A stretch of DNA of 64,000 bases from Clostridia bacterium. GTDB taxonomy: Bacteria > Bacillota > Clostridia > Christensenellales > Borkfalkiaceae. Location: assembly GCA_014804995.1 (NCBI GenBank), contig JAAUYS010000080.1, positions 20,343-84,342 of the forward strand, given 5' to 3'. The notes beneath the pieces are model-generated. The model was not told the origin of the DNA. It saw only the letters and a program-made list of their open reading frames with translations, and did no database searches. This document shows, one piece after another, positions 1 through 11,149 of this stretch (position 1 is the stretch's first letter; every line of letters begins with the position of its first letter). Position numbers and translations under genes: made by a program.

Positions 1-1
1 T

Positions 2-490
2 ATTATTCGAGGTGATGCTGTTTCTCTTGGGACGAACCTTGGTAAGCTACAAGTTGTTCAAACGGTAAATAGTGACGGTATTGATTACCGAGCCTCTGCT
101 AAATACTATAGACAACTTGTAGCACAAGGTTTAACTCCTAAAACTGCTAAAACTCCAAAAGGTATTAATTGGTTTATCACTAGTACTAAAGCATATAATT
201 GGAAGATTAAATGGATTCGTTCTATTTCTAATTGTGGTGCTTTTAGACATCTTGTATTTTATCATTTTCGTAAAGCTGATTATAATAAGAAGCTATCTAT
301 GTTAATTGATAAGTATGGTACTAATGTTGAAGATATTATTGAGAGTGATGAAATATCTTTAGGTGATAAACTTAATTACATGATTAGTTATGATCCTAAT
401 ATAATGACAAGATATAAACCTAAGAAAACTAAAAAAGAGCGTCTTACAAATAAAGAAGATAATGAATACATTCGACCAAAACTTAATTAG
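2..490 (+). CDS. C-terminal fragment of a virion/tail-module protein (5' end outside window)
   Basis: Frame 2 is open from the window edge to TAG at 488-490. ORF-track entry 299..490 is only its last internal Met. No recognisable motif. Confidence 0.55.
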   Translation: MIRGDAVSLGTNLGKLQVVQTVNSDGIDYRASAKYYRQLVAQGLTPKTAKTPKGINWFITSTKAYNWKIKWIRSISNCGAFRHLVFYHFRKADYNKKLSMLIDKYGTNVEDIIESDEISLGDKLNYMISYDPNIMTRYKPKKTKKERLTNKEDNEYIRPKLN

Positions 491-1214
491 TAGTAGTGTT
501 ATAATTCATGATTTGATTGAAGATTATAATGTTCAATCTATGGATTTTGTTACACGTCTTCCATCCTGGATTTGTCAATGTTTATCAGATTTAAACATAC
601 AGCTTCATTACGTTGATGCTGCTGATGAACTAGAGTTTAATGAATATCGTTGTGAAATACCTGATGGTTGTAAAAATATAAAAACGGTTATAATAGATAA
701 GCATAGAGCAGAGTTTACAACTAATCCTGCTCCTATTGTTGCTGATAATGAAAGCTACATTCCATTAGCCGTTTCATTTCCAGTAGGACACTTAGCTATA
801 GAACATGCCGTTTTTGACCTCTCCGAGCTTCACAGAGACACAAAATATCTTTACTCGATAAATGGGAACTATTTAAATTTAAACGTCTGTAAAGGCAGAT
901 TAGGGCTTATATATTCAAAGCTCCCATTTATACTGGATTCAGTATTGAAAATTAATGTACCTCTTATTCCTAATAATGATATTCTTAAAGAAGCTATTAA
1001 GAACTTTGTTATGATTCGTATGCTACAACGTGGTTATAAGCATCATACTTTTAATCTAAAAGAAAACAATCCTTACACTAATGTTGCAATGATGTATGAC
1101 AACAATAAGATTAAAGTTCGTAATGCTTGCAATAGACTAACTAAAGATAAACGTGATGATTGCACACGTTCTCTTCTTAACTTCTTTAATCTTAAAAACC
1201 ATTATATAAACTAA
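462..1214 (+). CDS. hypothetical virion-module protein (250 aa)
   Basis: ATG overlaps the upstream ORF by 29 nt. Tightly packed on the same strand with the large structural ORFs. No motif. Confidence 0.6.
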   Translation: MNTFDQNLISSSVIIHDLIEDYNVQSMDFVTRLPSWICQCLSDLNIQLHYVDAADELEFNEYRCEIPDGCKNIKTVIIDKHRAEFTTNPAPIVADNESYIPLAVSFPVGHLAIEHAVFDLSELHRDTKYLYSINGNYLNLNVCKGRLGLIYSKLPFILDSVLKINVPLIPNNDILKEAIKNFVMIRMLQRGYKHHTFNLKENNPYTNVAMMYDNNKIKVRNACNRLTKDKRDDCTRSLLNFFNLKNHYIN

Positions 1215-1217
1215 GTT

Positions 1218-4200
1218 ATGAAAATAAATGATGGTATGTACATTGGAGCAAACCCTGCGGCTGTACGTGATGGTGCTAAATCATTTGCTCTTAATATAAT
1301 GTACAATGATGATGGTAATACACTTATTAATGAAAATGGGTTTGAACAATTGAAATTTAATTTTCCTGAAACTTATGGTAAGTGTATTGGTAATATAGCA
1401 ACACCTAACAGTGTTGTCTTATTTTTTGCTAATGATTATATAGTATATATCAAAAATATAAAAGACGCTGATAGTGATGATAATATAACTATTCATTCTA
1501 ATTTTAATTTTAACGATAATTATCCTATTAAAGGTACATTTTCTTATTTGAAGAATGAAAATTTAGTTATAACATTTACTGAAGGTACTGATGATAATGC
1601 TAATGAAACTAGAATTTTATATATAGATAGTATTGAAAAAAATCATAATGCTACATATGATAAATCTACTAAAATATGGACTATAGATTCTAATACAATT
1701 AATCTAATACCAGACATAGAGTATCCTGAAATAGATGTTAAATTAACAGATGGCGGTCTTAAAGCCGGAGGTTACCAAGTAGCAATGGCTTACAAATTAA
1801 ATGACGGATCTTATAGTGATTATTCTTTATTATCTCCAGTTTATTATGCAACTCCTAGATATTTAGAAAATATACCTATAGGTGGTATTACAAAATTTGG
1901 ATTTACTATTGATGTTAAATTTAAAGATATATATAATGGTTTTTTTAAATTAGCTTTTATATATAAAGGTGAAAGTACTGAAGAAGCATATGAAACCTAT
2001 GATATAAAATGTAATCAATCTAGAATTAGTTATAATGTTACATCTGTTAGTAAATTAAAATCTATATCTGTAGATGATATAATTATAGGAAATATTTCAT
2101 ATATTAAAGATAATTCTCAAACTTCTTTTAATGGTTATTTACTTAGAGGTGGTGTCAAAGTAAATGATACATCTGAAATAAATCGTATTTTAATAGAGCA
2201 TCCTTCAATTATAAATAATCTTATAGAAATTAAAACTGCTGATGAATCAAATAATATTGTATTTGATAATATAACAGATCTTACTAAAAAAGATGATAAT
2301 AAATTATATAATAAAGTAGGTTTTAAAGATAATGAAATATATTATTTTTATTTAACTCTTATTGATAATAAAGGTAAATATATTAATAGTTATCCTATTA
2401 TATCTGGTTATGATGAAAATAATAAAGCATTTTATGAATTTGTATTGAAAGATCCTTCTACTAAGCATGTTTTAAATTTAGGATTTTTTAGTGCCAGACT
2501 TAAAAATTGGGACGCTAATAGTGCTCTAATTGGTATAAAAGATATATCTGAAGATGATAAAAAACTTTTTATAAAACAATTCGATAAAATCTCACAATAT
2601 GCTATTCATTATGCTAAACCTACTACAGATATAACAAATTGGATTTCTCAATGTTTTACTATTAGAGATATAGGTATAAGTGATGTTATAGGTAACAATT
2701 ATAGAGAACCTTTTAAATCAAATTCTAGATTTAGAATATATCCTATTGAGTATCTTGTTACAAATACAGAATTACCTAATTTCAAAATAAAACCATTGTA
2801 TCACAATAAAGAAATAAAAGTATGTTATGATGATTTAAATAATTATGTAGGTTATCCTAAAGACGTTATAAAAACTATAGATATTAGTGATTCAACTTAT
2901 AAAAATTATGCTAATAATTTAGATAGTTCACTTAAAAATAAAGCTGCTAATATACTAAAAGCTATACAAAATAATGAAAAATCTAATAAAAGTGAAAGTG
3001 GTGCAGGCAATGTATTAGGTCCCTGGGATAGACTTAGTACTCATAGTAAAGCTACTATAAATAGTACTACGACAAATGTTGAAACAGGTGACGGTAGTGT
3101 AACTATTAATGGTCCTATTGAAACTGGAGATTTAATACAATCTATATTATCTATTAATAATATTGAATTTTATGAAGATAATTATAGTGAATCAGAACTT
3201 AAAGCATCTAATGAACATTTAGGTATTATTCAATTATCAGCATCATATTATCCCATAAATAATTCTGCTGTATCAAATGGAGGTTGTGATAGTTCTTTTA
3301 AAATCACAATATCAGATAATTATGTAGAAAAAGGTTTGTATGGTAGAAATAAAAAATCAAATGTTTCATCGGATAATGTAGAGATTAAAGTTGTAGAAAG
3401 TGATGAAACAGAAGATTATATAGATGTAAATGATGATAACATTAAATATAAAAGAACATATAAATATATAGAATATACACATGATATTTCTAATGGTGAA
3501 TCTAATTATTATAAACAATCTGTTATAGAAATTAGTTACTTGGATGAAAACGAAAATGTTATAAAAACTGATATTACTAGAGGATCTAAAGAAGAATTAG
3601 ATGATGTATCTTTTCGTGAAGCTACTAGTACTGGAAATGATGAAAATAATAGTTGGATTTTAGATATACGAGAGGATACTTATAGATTAACAGATGAACT
3701 TAATACATATAACAGAGGTGTTGTTGATCTTGTTAATAAATTAGATGCTACAAAGATACATAATGATTTAGATATGTATGCTATGGATTTAGTATCCGCA
3801 TCTTCTATATATTCCGTAACTAATAGCAAAGATATAATATTGAAAGGAGATACGTTTCCTTGTTTAATAACTCAAAGATGTACATGTCCTAGTTTGAGAT
3901 TTAATCATACAGGTGATGAAACTCATCACAATAATAGTATTTATCATTGTCATAGAATTGTAGTTTCTTATTTTATTAAAAGTAGATTTAATTTATTAGC
4001 TATACATGGTGGTTCTAATTCTAATTCAGCTATATTAAAAATTCAAAATGATTTAGCTAATAAATTTGATGTTAATTTTATAATAGATAACATGTCTGAT
4101 TGGTTAGGTACCAATGGTAAAAAGAAAGAAAAAAATAAAAGATATAGACGTGATAAAAATGGACTTAAAGTTACTAATTATTTATTTGGTCCAAATTCTG

Positions 4201-5612
4201 ATTATTCAGCTATTCAAGAACTAGGTTATCGAGATTATACCGTTGATAACTTTTGGCATACAGAAGATGGAGCTGCGTATGAAGTAGGAATGAATTGGAA
4301 AGGTTTTAATGATATAACTCAATCTAAAGATTATGATAATAATATCACTGATTTTCCTGCTCGTGTTGTTCGTTCTAATGTTAATAACGGTGAATCTAAT
4401 GATATTGGTTGGCGTAAATATAAAGCTGATAATTATAAAGATATTCCAATTACTAAAGGTTCTATTGTAAATCTTCTTAGTGACGCTAAATCTCTATATA
4501 TTCAAATGTTATATACTTTGTATGTAACTACAAGTAAAGATAGTTTAGGTCAAGGTGATGAAGGGACTTATATTGGTAATTCTGATATATTTGAACGTGA
4601 GCCTACAGAGATTATCTTTAAACAAACTGGTAAGATCGGATGTAATAATAGGTTCTCTTCTATTATCACTAGGTACGGTTATTTTGTTTGTGATAATGAA
4701 CAATGTGCTATATTTCATGTTAAAGGTGAAAATGATGTTACTGAATTATCTGATTTAGGCTTCCGAGACTGGTTTAAAGAAAATATTCAAAAAATAGCAT
4801 CCAATCCTTACTTATATCAAGGAAATTTTCTTACCTTGGACGAATATAATAAACGGCTTTTATTTACGTCTAATGTTGAAGATGCTACTAATGGTCAGTT
4901 TACTATTTCTTATTCATTGCAGAATAATTTATGGTCATCATTCCATAGTTATATACCTATTATAAGTTTTGAAAATCGTAATGGTCTTTTCTATATTCAC
5001 GATAATAAGATTTTTAAAACTGATGCTAAAAATAAATGTATTTATTTTGAAGATATTATTTATCCAAGTATTGCTCAATTTATTTATAATGAAGAGCCTT
5101 TAATTAGTAAAGCTCTTAATCATCTTGAATGGAGAACTCAACTGGTTCGTAATTGGATTGAAAAGGATAAAGATACTCTTCAATATATTTATAACAAAAG
5201 TGTTGATAAATTAATGATTCATACAGATACACAAAGTACCAAACTTCTTAATACTAATGTTAAGAAAGAATGGTATGATAGTGGTCATCTTAAATATAAA
5301 GCTGGTAGATATATTTGGCATAATATTGAAGATGAAGTTAAATTTGATAAAAAAGAATTTCTTATGAATCCTAATATGCTTCCTTTTAAATGGGAAACAC
5401 TTCTTAATCCTAGTTTTAAAGGTAAGCCTTGGTATGAACTTGCTAAGATTCATAATCCTTTTATGTATATCACAATGATTTATGAAAATAAACAAATTGA
5501 TAGAGATACACAGGAGGTTATTACAGAATACACTAAAGACGATAATGCACAACAATTAGAATTTAGACTTAGTGATATTGATGTTGTTGTGACTAAAGAT
5601 ACACGTCTATAA
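1218..5612 (+). CDS. large structural protein, tail/fibre class by position (1464 aa)
   Basis: Uninterrupted 4.4-kb ORF starting 4 nt after the previous stop. N/D/I/K/T-rich. Function inferred from position only. Confidence 0.6.
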   Translation: MKINDGMYIGANPAAVRDGAKSFALNIMYNDDGNTLINENGFEQLKFNFPETYGKCIGNIATPNSVVLFFANDYIVYIKNIKDADSDDNITIHSNFNFNDNYPIKGTFSYLKNENLVITFTEGTDDNANETRILYIDSIEKNHNATYDKSTKIWTIDSNTINLIPDIEYPEIDVKLTDGGLKAGGYQVAMAYKLNDGSYSDYSLLSPVYYATPRYLENIPIGGITKFGFTIDVKFKDIYNGFFKLAFIYKGESTEEAYETYDIKCNQSRISYNVTSVSKLKSISVDDIIIGNISYIKDNSQTSFNGYLLRGGVKVNDTSEINRILIEHPSIINNLIEIKTADESNNIVFDNITDLTKKDDNKLYNKVGFKDNEIYYFYLTLIDNKGKYINSYPIISGYDENNKAFYEFVLKDPSTKHVLNLGFFSARLKNWDANSALIGIKDISEDDKKLFIKQFDKISQYAIHYAKPTTDITNWISQCFTIRDIGISDVIGNNYREPFKSNSRFRIYPIEYLVTNTELPNFKIKPLYHNKEIKVCYDDLNNYVGYPKDVIKTIDISDSTYKNYANNLDSSLKNKAANILKAIQNNEKSNKSESGAGNVLGPWDRLSTHSKATINSTTTNVETGDGSVTINGPIETGDLIQSILSINNIEFYEDNYSESELKASNEHLGIIQLSASYYPINNSAVSNGGCDSSFKITISDNYVEKGLYGRNKKSNVSSDNVEIKVVESDETEDYIDVNDDNIKYKRTYKYIEYTHDISNGESNYYKQSVIEISYLDENENVIKTDITRGSKEELDDVSFREATSTGNDENNSWILDIREDTYRLTDELNTYNRGVVDLVNKLDATKIHNDLDMYAMDLVSASSIYSVTNSKDIILKGDTFPCLITQRCTCPSLRFNHTGDETHHNNSIYHCHRIVVSYFIKSRFNLLAIHGGSNSNSAILKIQNDLANKFDVNFIIDNMSDWLGTNGKKKEKNKRYRRDKNGLKVTNYLFGPNSDYSAIQELGYRDYTVDNFWHTEDGAAYEVGMNWKGFNDITQSKDYDNNITDFPARVVRSNVNNGESNDIGWRKYKADNYKDIPITKGSIVNLLSDAKSLYIQMLYTLYVTTSKDSLGQGDEGTYIGNSDIFEREPTEIIFKQTGKIGCNNRFSSIITRYGYFVCDNEQCAIFHVKGENDVTELSDLGFRDWFKENIQKIASNPYLYQGNFLTLDEYNKRLLFTSNVEDATNGQFTISYSLQNNLWSSFHSYIPIISFENRNGLFYIHDNKIFKTDAKNKCIYFEDIIYPSIAQFIYNEEPLISKALNHLEWRTQLVRNWIEKDKDTLQYIYNKSVDKLMIHTDTQSTKLLNTNVKKEWYDSGHLKYKAGRYIWHNIEDEVKFDKKEFLMNPNMLPFKWETLLNPSFKGKPWYELAKIHNPFMYITMIYENKQIDRDTQEVITEYTKDDNAQQLEFRLSDIDVVVTKDTRL

Positions 5613-5629
5613 TAATATAGTAGATTATA

Positions 5630-5696
5630 GTATCTCTATATATAATATATAATTATATATAAATATATAATTAATATATATTATATATAGAGATAC
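5630..5696. promoter_or_regulatory. perfect 22-bp inverted repeat in an almost pure A+T spacer
   Basis: GTATCTCTATATATAATATATA (5630-5651) and TATATATTATATATAGAGATAC (5675-5696), separated by 23 nt of A/T only. Lies between the 1464-aa and 853-aa ORFs. Confidence 0.6.
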
Positions 5697-5747
5697 ATAT
5701 AATATACTTATATATATAATAAATATATTTTAATTATTAAAACTATT

Positions 5748-8309
5748 ATGACTAGAAGTTTATTTAATACTCCACGTCGTAGAAGATATGATATTGGAGG
5801 TGCTAGGGACAATGTAAATAGTGTTACTGGTAGTTCATGGGGAGCAGGTAAAGGAATGGTAGGTTCTAGTGCTAGTAAAGCTGGAAGTTATGGAGCTAGT
5901 GCGGGAACTATGGCAGGTTCTATTGCTGCAATGGCAGGTGTGGGAGCTTCTCTAGGTTCAGCTGTTCCAGTAATTGGTACAGCTATCGGAGCTATAGCTG
6001 GTGTACTTGGTGGTATATTTGCTGGTAGAGCTAAAAAGAGAAAAGCTGAGAAAGCTGCTAGAGAAGCAGATAAAACTCATAATTATGAAATAGGTCAAGA
6101 TGCTATTCGTACTGATCAAGTTCAACTAGATCAAACTACAATTAATCAAAATCCTCTAGATATTTATGGGGATAATCCTCAACCTGTTTCTACACCTGGT
6201 ATTTCACAAGTTAATCCTCAAGCACAACAAAAAGTTAATCCTGCAAATGGTTTACCTTATAGACTTGGAGGTAGTCCTAGACATTATGCAGGAGGTGGTC
6301 AAATACTTCAAGTGGCTTCTGATGCTGCTGTTGTTAATGGACCAAGTCATGAACAAGGTGGTGTTCCTTATGGACCTAATGCGGAAGTTGAAGGTGGTGA
6401 AGCTATTATGCAAGGGTCTAATGCTGATTATATTTTCAGTGATACATTGAAGATTGGTAATAGAACATTTGCTGATGCTGCTAAACCTTTAATGAAACAT
6501 AAAGGTTATCTTGAACAACAATTAGGTATTACTGGTCTCATGCTTGGTAAAGCTCTTCAACTTACTGAACGTAGTACTTATGCTATTGATAGAAATACTA
6601 ACAATAGAGAAGCTGAAAAAAGCCAAGCTAAGTATTCGCAAATACTTCAACAGATTCAACAAACACAAGCTGAACTAGATGCTCTTTATAATCAACAAGA
6701 AGCTATGAAAGCTGAAGCTGGTGAAATGAGTGAGCCTAGAACTGAAAGAAGATTTGGTGGTGGTGTTCGTAAATATCGTGATGCAGGTGCTGTTACTAAT
6801 TGGGGTTATACAGGAAGTGGTACTAGTGGCTCTATAGATTTACAAACTGGTCCGCAAATATTAAATGAAGCTTCTCCTGATATTTTAGCTGCTGAAAATC
6901 CAAATACTTCAGTTATAGCTTCTGATACACCTAATGCTTTAGCTAATACAGCAGATGCTTCATCTAAAGGTATGAGTTCAGGCATGGCTAGTGCTATCTC
7001 TGGTGCTATAAACATTGGATTATCTGCTTGGGGTCAAGCTGCTGAAGCTAAAAAACAAAGAGCATTTGCTCAAGCTCCTAGTCATGTTCAACAAGCTATT
7101 GCAGGATTTAGACTTGGTGGTCGTAAGAGATATATAGATGGTGGAAGTATTCAAGTATCACCTTATGCCGATATACCTTATGCTGAAAATCCTACTACAG
7201 AACGTGTTAATAAACTTATGGATTTAAGTAGTGTATTAGAAGATATTAAGATATTAGGTGGTAGAACTAGAAAATTTAAACCTGGTAGTAAAAATTCTTT
7301 AGAAAGTCGTAATGCACAAAAAGCACACGATAAAATTTATAATGATATATTAAAAACAGATTATTTATTATCTGATGATGATTTAAGTTCTTATATAAAT
7401 TCTTTTAAAGCTCCAAATTTATTACCATTAACAAGAGTAAATGATTCAGATTGGAATATTGATGATGATTTACAAAAAAGTACATTAGGATATAGATTGA
7501 AAACATTCTTTAATAATGCTAAAACTAAAACTAATAAAGCATTAACAAGAAGTAATGAAACATTGAGTAATGGACTTAAAAACACTATAGATAAAATATC
7601 TAATAGTGAATATTGGCAAGATGAAAAAGGTAATCTTATTAAAGCTGGAGGTAATCTTCTAACTGGTTTACTTGCCGCAGGTTCTACTAAAAAGTTAGCT
7701 AAAGCTCTTTCTGAAAAAGCTATTCCTGAACGTGAGCTACTTGATAGATTTACTCAAGAATGGGATGTTAATACAGATGCTGCTAGAAAAGAAATTATAG
7801 ATCAAGTTCAAGCATACGAGAGATTTGCTAAAGATAATACTTCAAATGCTCAAATAGCTAGACAACTTGTTCTAAAAGGTAGAAGTAATGGTGCTAAGGC
7901 TCTTGGTAAACTTAAGCAAGATGAACTATTACAAGAACTTGGTATTCGTAATGAAACTAGAAAAGTTAATAAAGATATTGAAGCTAAAAATAAAGAGATT
8001 AAATATCAAAACAAACTTGATAAATTTAATCAGCAAATGCAAGCTCTCTCAATGCTTAATGATAGTAATAACCAAAAACTTAATACTATTAACGGATTGT
8101 TCTCTGATATAGGTTTCACTGTAAATGATCATATTAGAACTAAACGTGAAAGAGCTGCTAATCTCATACATTTACTTAATGATGAAGAAGCTATGAAACG
8201 TGCTGGACAATTAGACATTGCTACATTATTTGATGCTTTTGGTAAGAATAATTCAAATATTCTAACTAAACCTAGACGTAAAGGTGATAGAGTAAAAAAA
8301 TGTGCTTAA
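5748..8309 (+). CDS. virion protein with Gly/Ala-rich hydrophobic N-terminus, four R(L/F)GG..R.Y..GG motifs and a coiled-coil C-half; candidate internal/ejection protein
   Basis: 853-aa ORF. Has GSIAAMAGVGASLGSAVPVIGTAIGAIAGVLGGIFAG followed by KKRK. Repeated motif YRLGGSPRHYAGGG / RRFGGGVRKYRDAG / FRLGGRKRYIDGGS / ILGGRTRKFKPGS. Followed by hairpin terminator 8316-8348. Confidence 0.6.
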   Translation: MTRSLFNTPRRRRYDIGGARDNVNSVTGSSWGAGKGMVGSSASKAGSYGASAGTMAGSIAAMAGVGASLGSAVPVIGTAIGAIAGVLGGIFAGRAKKRKAEKAAREADKTHNYEIGQDAIRTDQVQLDQTTINQNPLDIYGDNPQPVSTPGISQVNPQAQQKVNPANGLPYRLGGSPRHYAGGGQILQVASDAAVVNGPSHEQGGVPYGPNAEVEGGEAIMQGSNADYIFSDTLKIGNRTFADAAKPLMKHKGYLEQQLGITGLMLGKALQLTERSTYAIDRNTNNREAEKSQAKYSQILQQIQQTQAELDALYNQQEAMKAEAGEMSEPRTERRFGGGVRKYRDAGAVTNWGYTGSGTSGSIDLQTGPQILNEASPDILAAENPNTSVIASDTPNALANTADASSKGMSSGMASAISGAINIGLSAWGQAAEAKKQRAFAQAPSHVQQAIAGFRLGGRKRYIDGGSIQVSPYADIPYAENPTTERVNKLMDLSSVLEDIKILGGRTRKFKPGSKNSLESRNAQKAHDKIYNDILKTDYLLSDDDLSSYINSFKAPNLLPLTRVNDSDWNIDDDLQKSTLGYRLKTFFNNAKTKTNKALTRSNETLSNGLKNTIDKISNSEYWQDEKGNLIKAGGNLLTGLLAAGSTKKLAKALSEKAIPERELLDRFTQEWDVNTDAARKEIIDQVQAYERFAKDNTSNAQIARQLVLKGRSNGAKALGKLKQDELLQELGIRNETRKVNKDIEAKNKEIKYQNKLDKFNQQMQALSMLNDSNNQKLNTINGLFSDIGFTVNDHIRTKRERAANLIHLLNDEEAMKRAGQLDIATLFDAFGKNNSNILTKPRRKGDRVKKCA

Positions 8310-8315
8310 AGAATA

Positions 8316-8348
8316 GCTCCCTGTATTACACAGGGGGCTTTTGTTGTT
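8316..8348 (+). terminator. intrinsic terminator after the 853-aa ORF
   Basis: GCTCCCTG-tattaca-CAGGGGGC followed by TTTTGTTGTT. Confidence 0.7.
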
Positions 8349-8369
8349 AAATAACTTAAACTTAAAATT

Positions 8370-11144
8370 ATGCCAGATATTAATCAAACATTTGAAATGC
8401 TTAGAGTTAATTCTAAGCCTAAAGTAGTTCGTGCTGAACTCGATGATATGTATACAGCAACATCTAATAGTTTACGCTATGCCGTACAAGGTATGGATAA
8501 GATGCAAGAACGTGCTATGAAAGCTATTGATGCTAGGAATCAATTAGCTGCTCAAATGGCTCAACTTAATGCTAATGAAGGTGAAGATTCAAAACGTTTA
8601 GCTGCTGAAATACAAACTATATTAGATGATATAGATAATAAAGTCGCAGAAGATGGACATTGGGTTTATGCTGATAAAACTGTATCTAAAGCTGCAACAG
8701 ATTTTGCTACTAATCAAAATGTAAAACATTTGCTCCAACAAAAAGCTAATCGTGATGGAGTATTAGAAGATATTGAAAAAAATAGTGACGCAGATGCTTC
8801 AACAAAAGCTGCATATATTCAATATATAGATCGTTTATATAATGAAGCGGGAGGAGCTTTTGATAAAAATGGTTCTAAACAAAGTTATACTAGTTTTGGA
8901 TTTAGGCTTGGTAAAGGTCATGATATGAATGAATATCGTGATGCTATATTAAAAGTATATAAGGAAATGAAACCTAGTTCTACATTTTCTTATAGTGAGA
9001 ATATGAAAAAACAATTATTGGGTATTGTTAATAATTCTAATGTAGATGAATCTGTAAAACATACTGCAAGTAAACTAATGGAACAAATGCCATATTATAT
9101 TTATGGTCAAAATAAACAAACTTGGGAAGGTATTACAGAAGATAAAATGATGCAATTAGCTCAAGCTATTGTTAATGCTGATCCTAGATTTAGAACTGCT
9201 ATGCAACATGAAGCTATTTTAAATCTAGATAATTATCATAGACAAGGAATTTCTACAGAAGCGGCTATAACTAAAGAATTAATACCTGCTTTATTTTCAA
9301 ATACTATAGCTTTACAAACTTTAGTTACAAATTCAGATGAATATAAAACTGCTTCTGATAAAGATAAAAGACAAATGCTAGCTAATCCAACTTCTATTGG
9401 TACAACAAGTTTACTTAAATCAATGGAATCATTATATGGTAATCTTACACAAAATGACGATGAAGATGAAAATACATATAATACTAGAATGACTAATTTA
9501 TATACTAGATTATATGGTGACGATAAATTAAATTCTGTAATGGAATATAGTAAGCAATTAGCTTTTGAAAAATCAGACGTAGATGTTAAGAATCATTATT
9601 TAGATACTTTTAATAAAGAAGCATATAAAAAACGAAATGAGGATAAAGATAAACTAAAAAATAAATATGCTCAATTATATACAACTAATGGTAGTCTTAC
9701 TGCTGAAAGTGCTGCTTTATATGATCAAGATTATAGATCTTCTAAAGATCAAATAAATTTAATAGATTTAATGCTAGAATCTATAAAAGATGATGATGAA
9801 CGAGAATATCTAAATAATAGAAAAAAGGAATTGGAAATGAATCGTGATGCTTATGTTAGAGGTTATTCTAATAGATTCAATTCTTTATCTGATGGTGACA
9901 AAATTAAAGCTATTTCTAATTTAGAAACAACATTGTTCTCTGAATTAGGTTCTAGTGAATATTGGTTTTTAAGTGCTAAAACTAGAGAAATGGCTAAAAT
10001 ATATAAACGTAGTGGATTTGCTTTAATTGTTCATAAAGCAATAGATAATGTTAAAAACAATCCAAATTTTAAATATGAAGACGTTATAGATGATATTAAA
10101 GAACAAATAACTAAAGATTTCCAAAGTGGAGATAGTGATTTAATTAATCAATATGATGGGGATTTAACTACTATACTTTCTAAATTAGAAAATAATAAAT
10201 ATTCATATTTAAATAATATTCTAGCTCAAAATAATATATATGAAGATGCTCGAAACATTAGCTATATAGGTAGTGTTAATTCAGGATCTGAAACATTAGT
10301 GTCACAAGCTGCGGCTCCTATTTTAGCAACTCTAGCTAGTAGACCTGGAACTTATAAAGTTATAGCTGCTGAACTAAGAAATGGTAAAGGGGATAAAATA
10401 ACAAATATTCAAATAGATGACGCTAATGATAATTTTGGAGATTTCTTTTCAATTGATAAATCTAATAACAATAAAACTGTCTATGCGAACTCAAATATAG
10501 AAGTAAATTTAGGTGTTACTAAAGATGGAACATTTATTTTAGATTTTTATAGACCTATTCAAGGAGAAAGTAATCAATCTCAACATCTTATTTGTACAAC
10601 ATCTGATCCTGATGCTATAGCTAATATAGAAGGTTTGGCTAATAGTATGCTTATAACAGCATATAATAATAACATAGAATCCTCTTGGAGTCCTGCTGTA
10701 AAAAATACATATAATAGACTTCTTGAAGGTTTCGGTGCTGCTGCTAGATTGACTGGTAATATATCTAATTCTATAGAACGTAAATATTCTGATGCTTTTG
10801 GAGGTATGAAGATAAATAATAATATATGTTATACAATTGGTGAAGCATTAGAGGAATTTACTAAACAACCAATAACAAGTGCTACAACAGAAACATTTTA
10901 TTCTAATAATGCTAGAGTTATTATTACAAAAAATTTAAATGGTACATATTATGCTAGAGTTGATGCTTTTGATGGTAAAAAATGGGTAAAAGCTGATTCT
11001 GAAAAATATTCTGATGCTGTAAAAATGCAAACTGATATATTAATGGTTATTGGATCTTCTGATAAAAATTCTATGCTTAAAGAATATGAACTTCCATCTT
11101 ATGAATGGAAACAAATAGTTAAACAAGGTGGTTCTAAAAGATAA
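8370..11144 (+). CDS. hypothetical virion protein (924 aa), possible packaged cargo protein
   Basis: Long ORF between the terminator at 8316-8348 and the 2603-aa ORF, which starts 6 nt later. No motif recognised. Confidence 0.6.
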   Translation: MPDINQTFEMLRVNSKPKVVRAELDDMYTATSNSLRYAVQGMDKMQERAMKAIDARNQLAAQMAQLNANEGEDSKRLAAEIQTILDDIDNKVAEDGHWVYADKTVSKAATDFATNQNVKHLLQQKANRDGVLEDIEKNSDADASTKAAYIQYIDRLYNEAGGAFDKNGSKQSYTSFGFRLGKGHDMNEYRDAILKVYKEMKPSSTFSYSENMKKQLLGIVNNSNVDESVKHTASKLMEQMPYYIYGQNKQTWEGITEDKMMQLAQAIVNADPRFRTAMQHEAILNLDNYHRQGISTEAAITKELIPALFSNTIALQTLVTNSDEYKTASDKDKRQMLANPTSIGTTSLLKSMESLYGNLTQNDDEDENTYNTRMTNLYTRLYGDDKLNSVMEYSKQLAFEKSDVDVKNHYLDTFNKEAYKKRNEDKDKLKNKYAQLYTTNGSLTAESAALYDQDYRSSKDQINLIDLMLESIKDDDEREYLNNRKKELEMNRDAYVRGYSNRFNSLSDGDKIKAISNLETTLFSELGSSEYWFLSAKTREMAKIYKRSGFALIVHKAIDNVKNNPNFKYEDVIDDIKEQITKDFQSGDSDLINQYDGDLTTILSKLENNKYSYLNNILAQNNIYEDARNISYIGSVNSGSETLVSQAAAPILATLASRPGTYKVIAAELRNGKGDKITNIQIDDANDNFGDFFSIDKSNNNKTVYANSNIEVNLGVTKDGTFILDFYRPIQGESNQSQHLICTTSDPDAIANIEGLANSMLITAYNNNIESSWSPAVKNTYNRLLEGFGAAARLTGNISNSIERKYSDAFGGMKINNNICYTIGEALEEFTKQPITSATTETFYSNNARVIITKNLNGTYYARVDAFDGKKWVKADSEKYSDAVKMQTDILMVIGSSDKNSMLKEYELPSYEWKQIVKQGGSKR

Positions 11145-11149
11145 ATATT

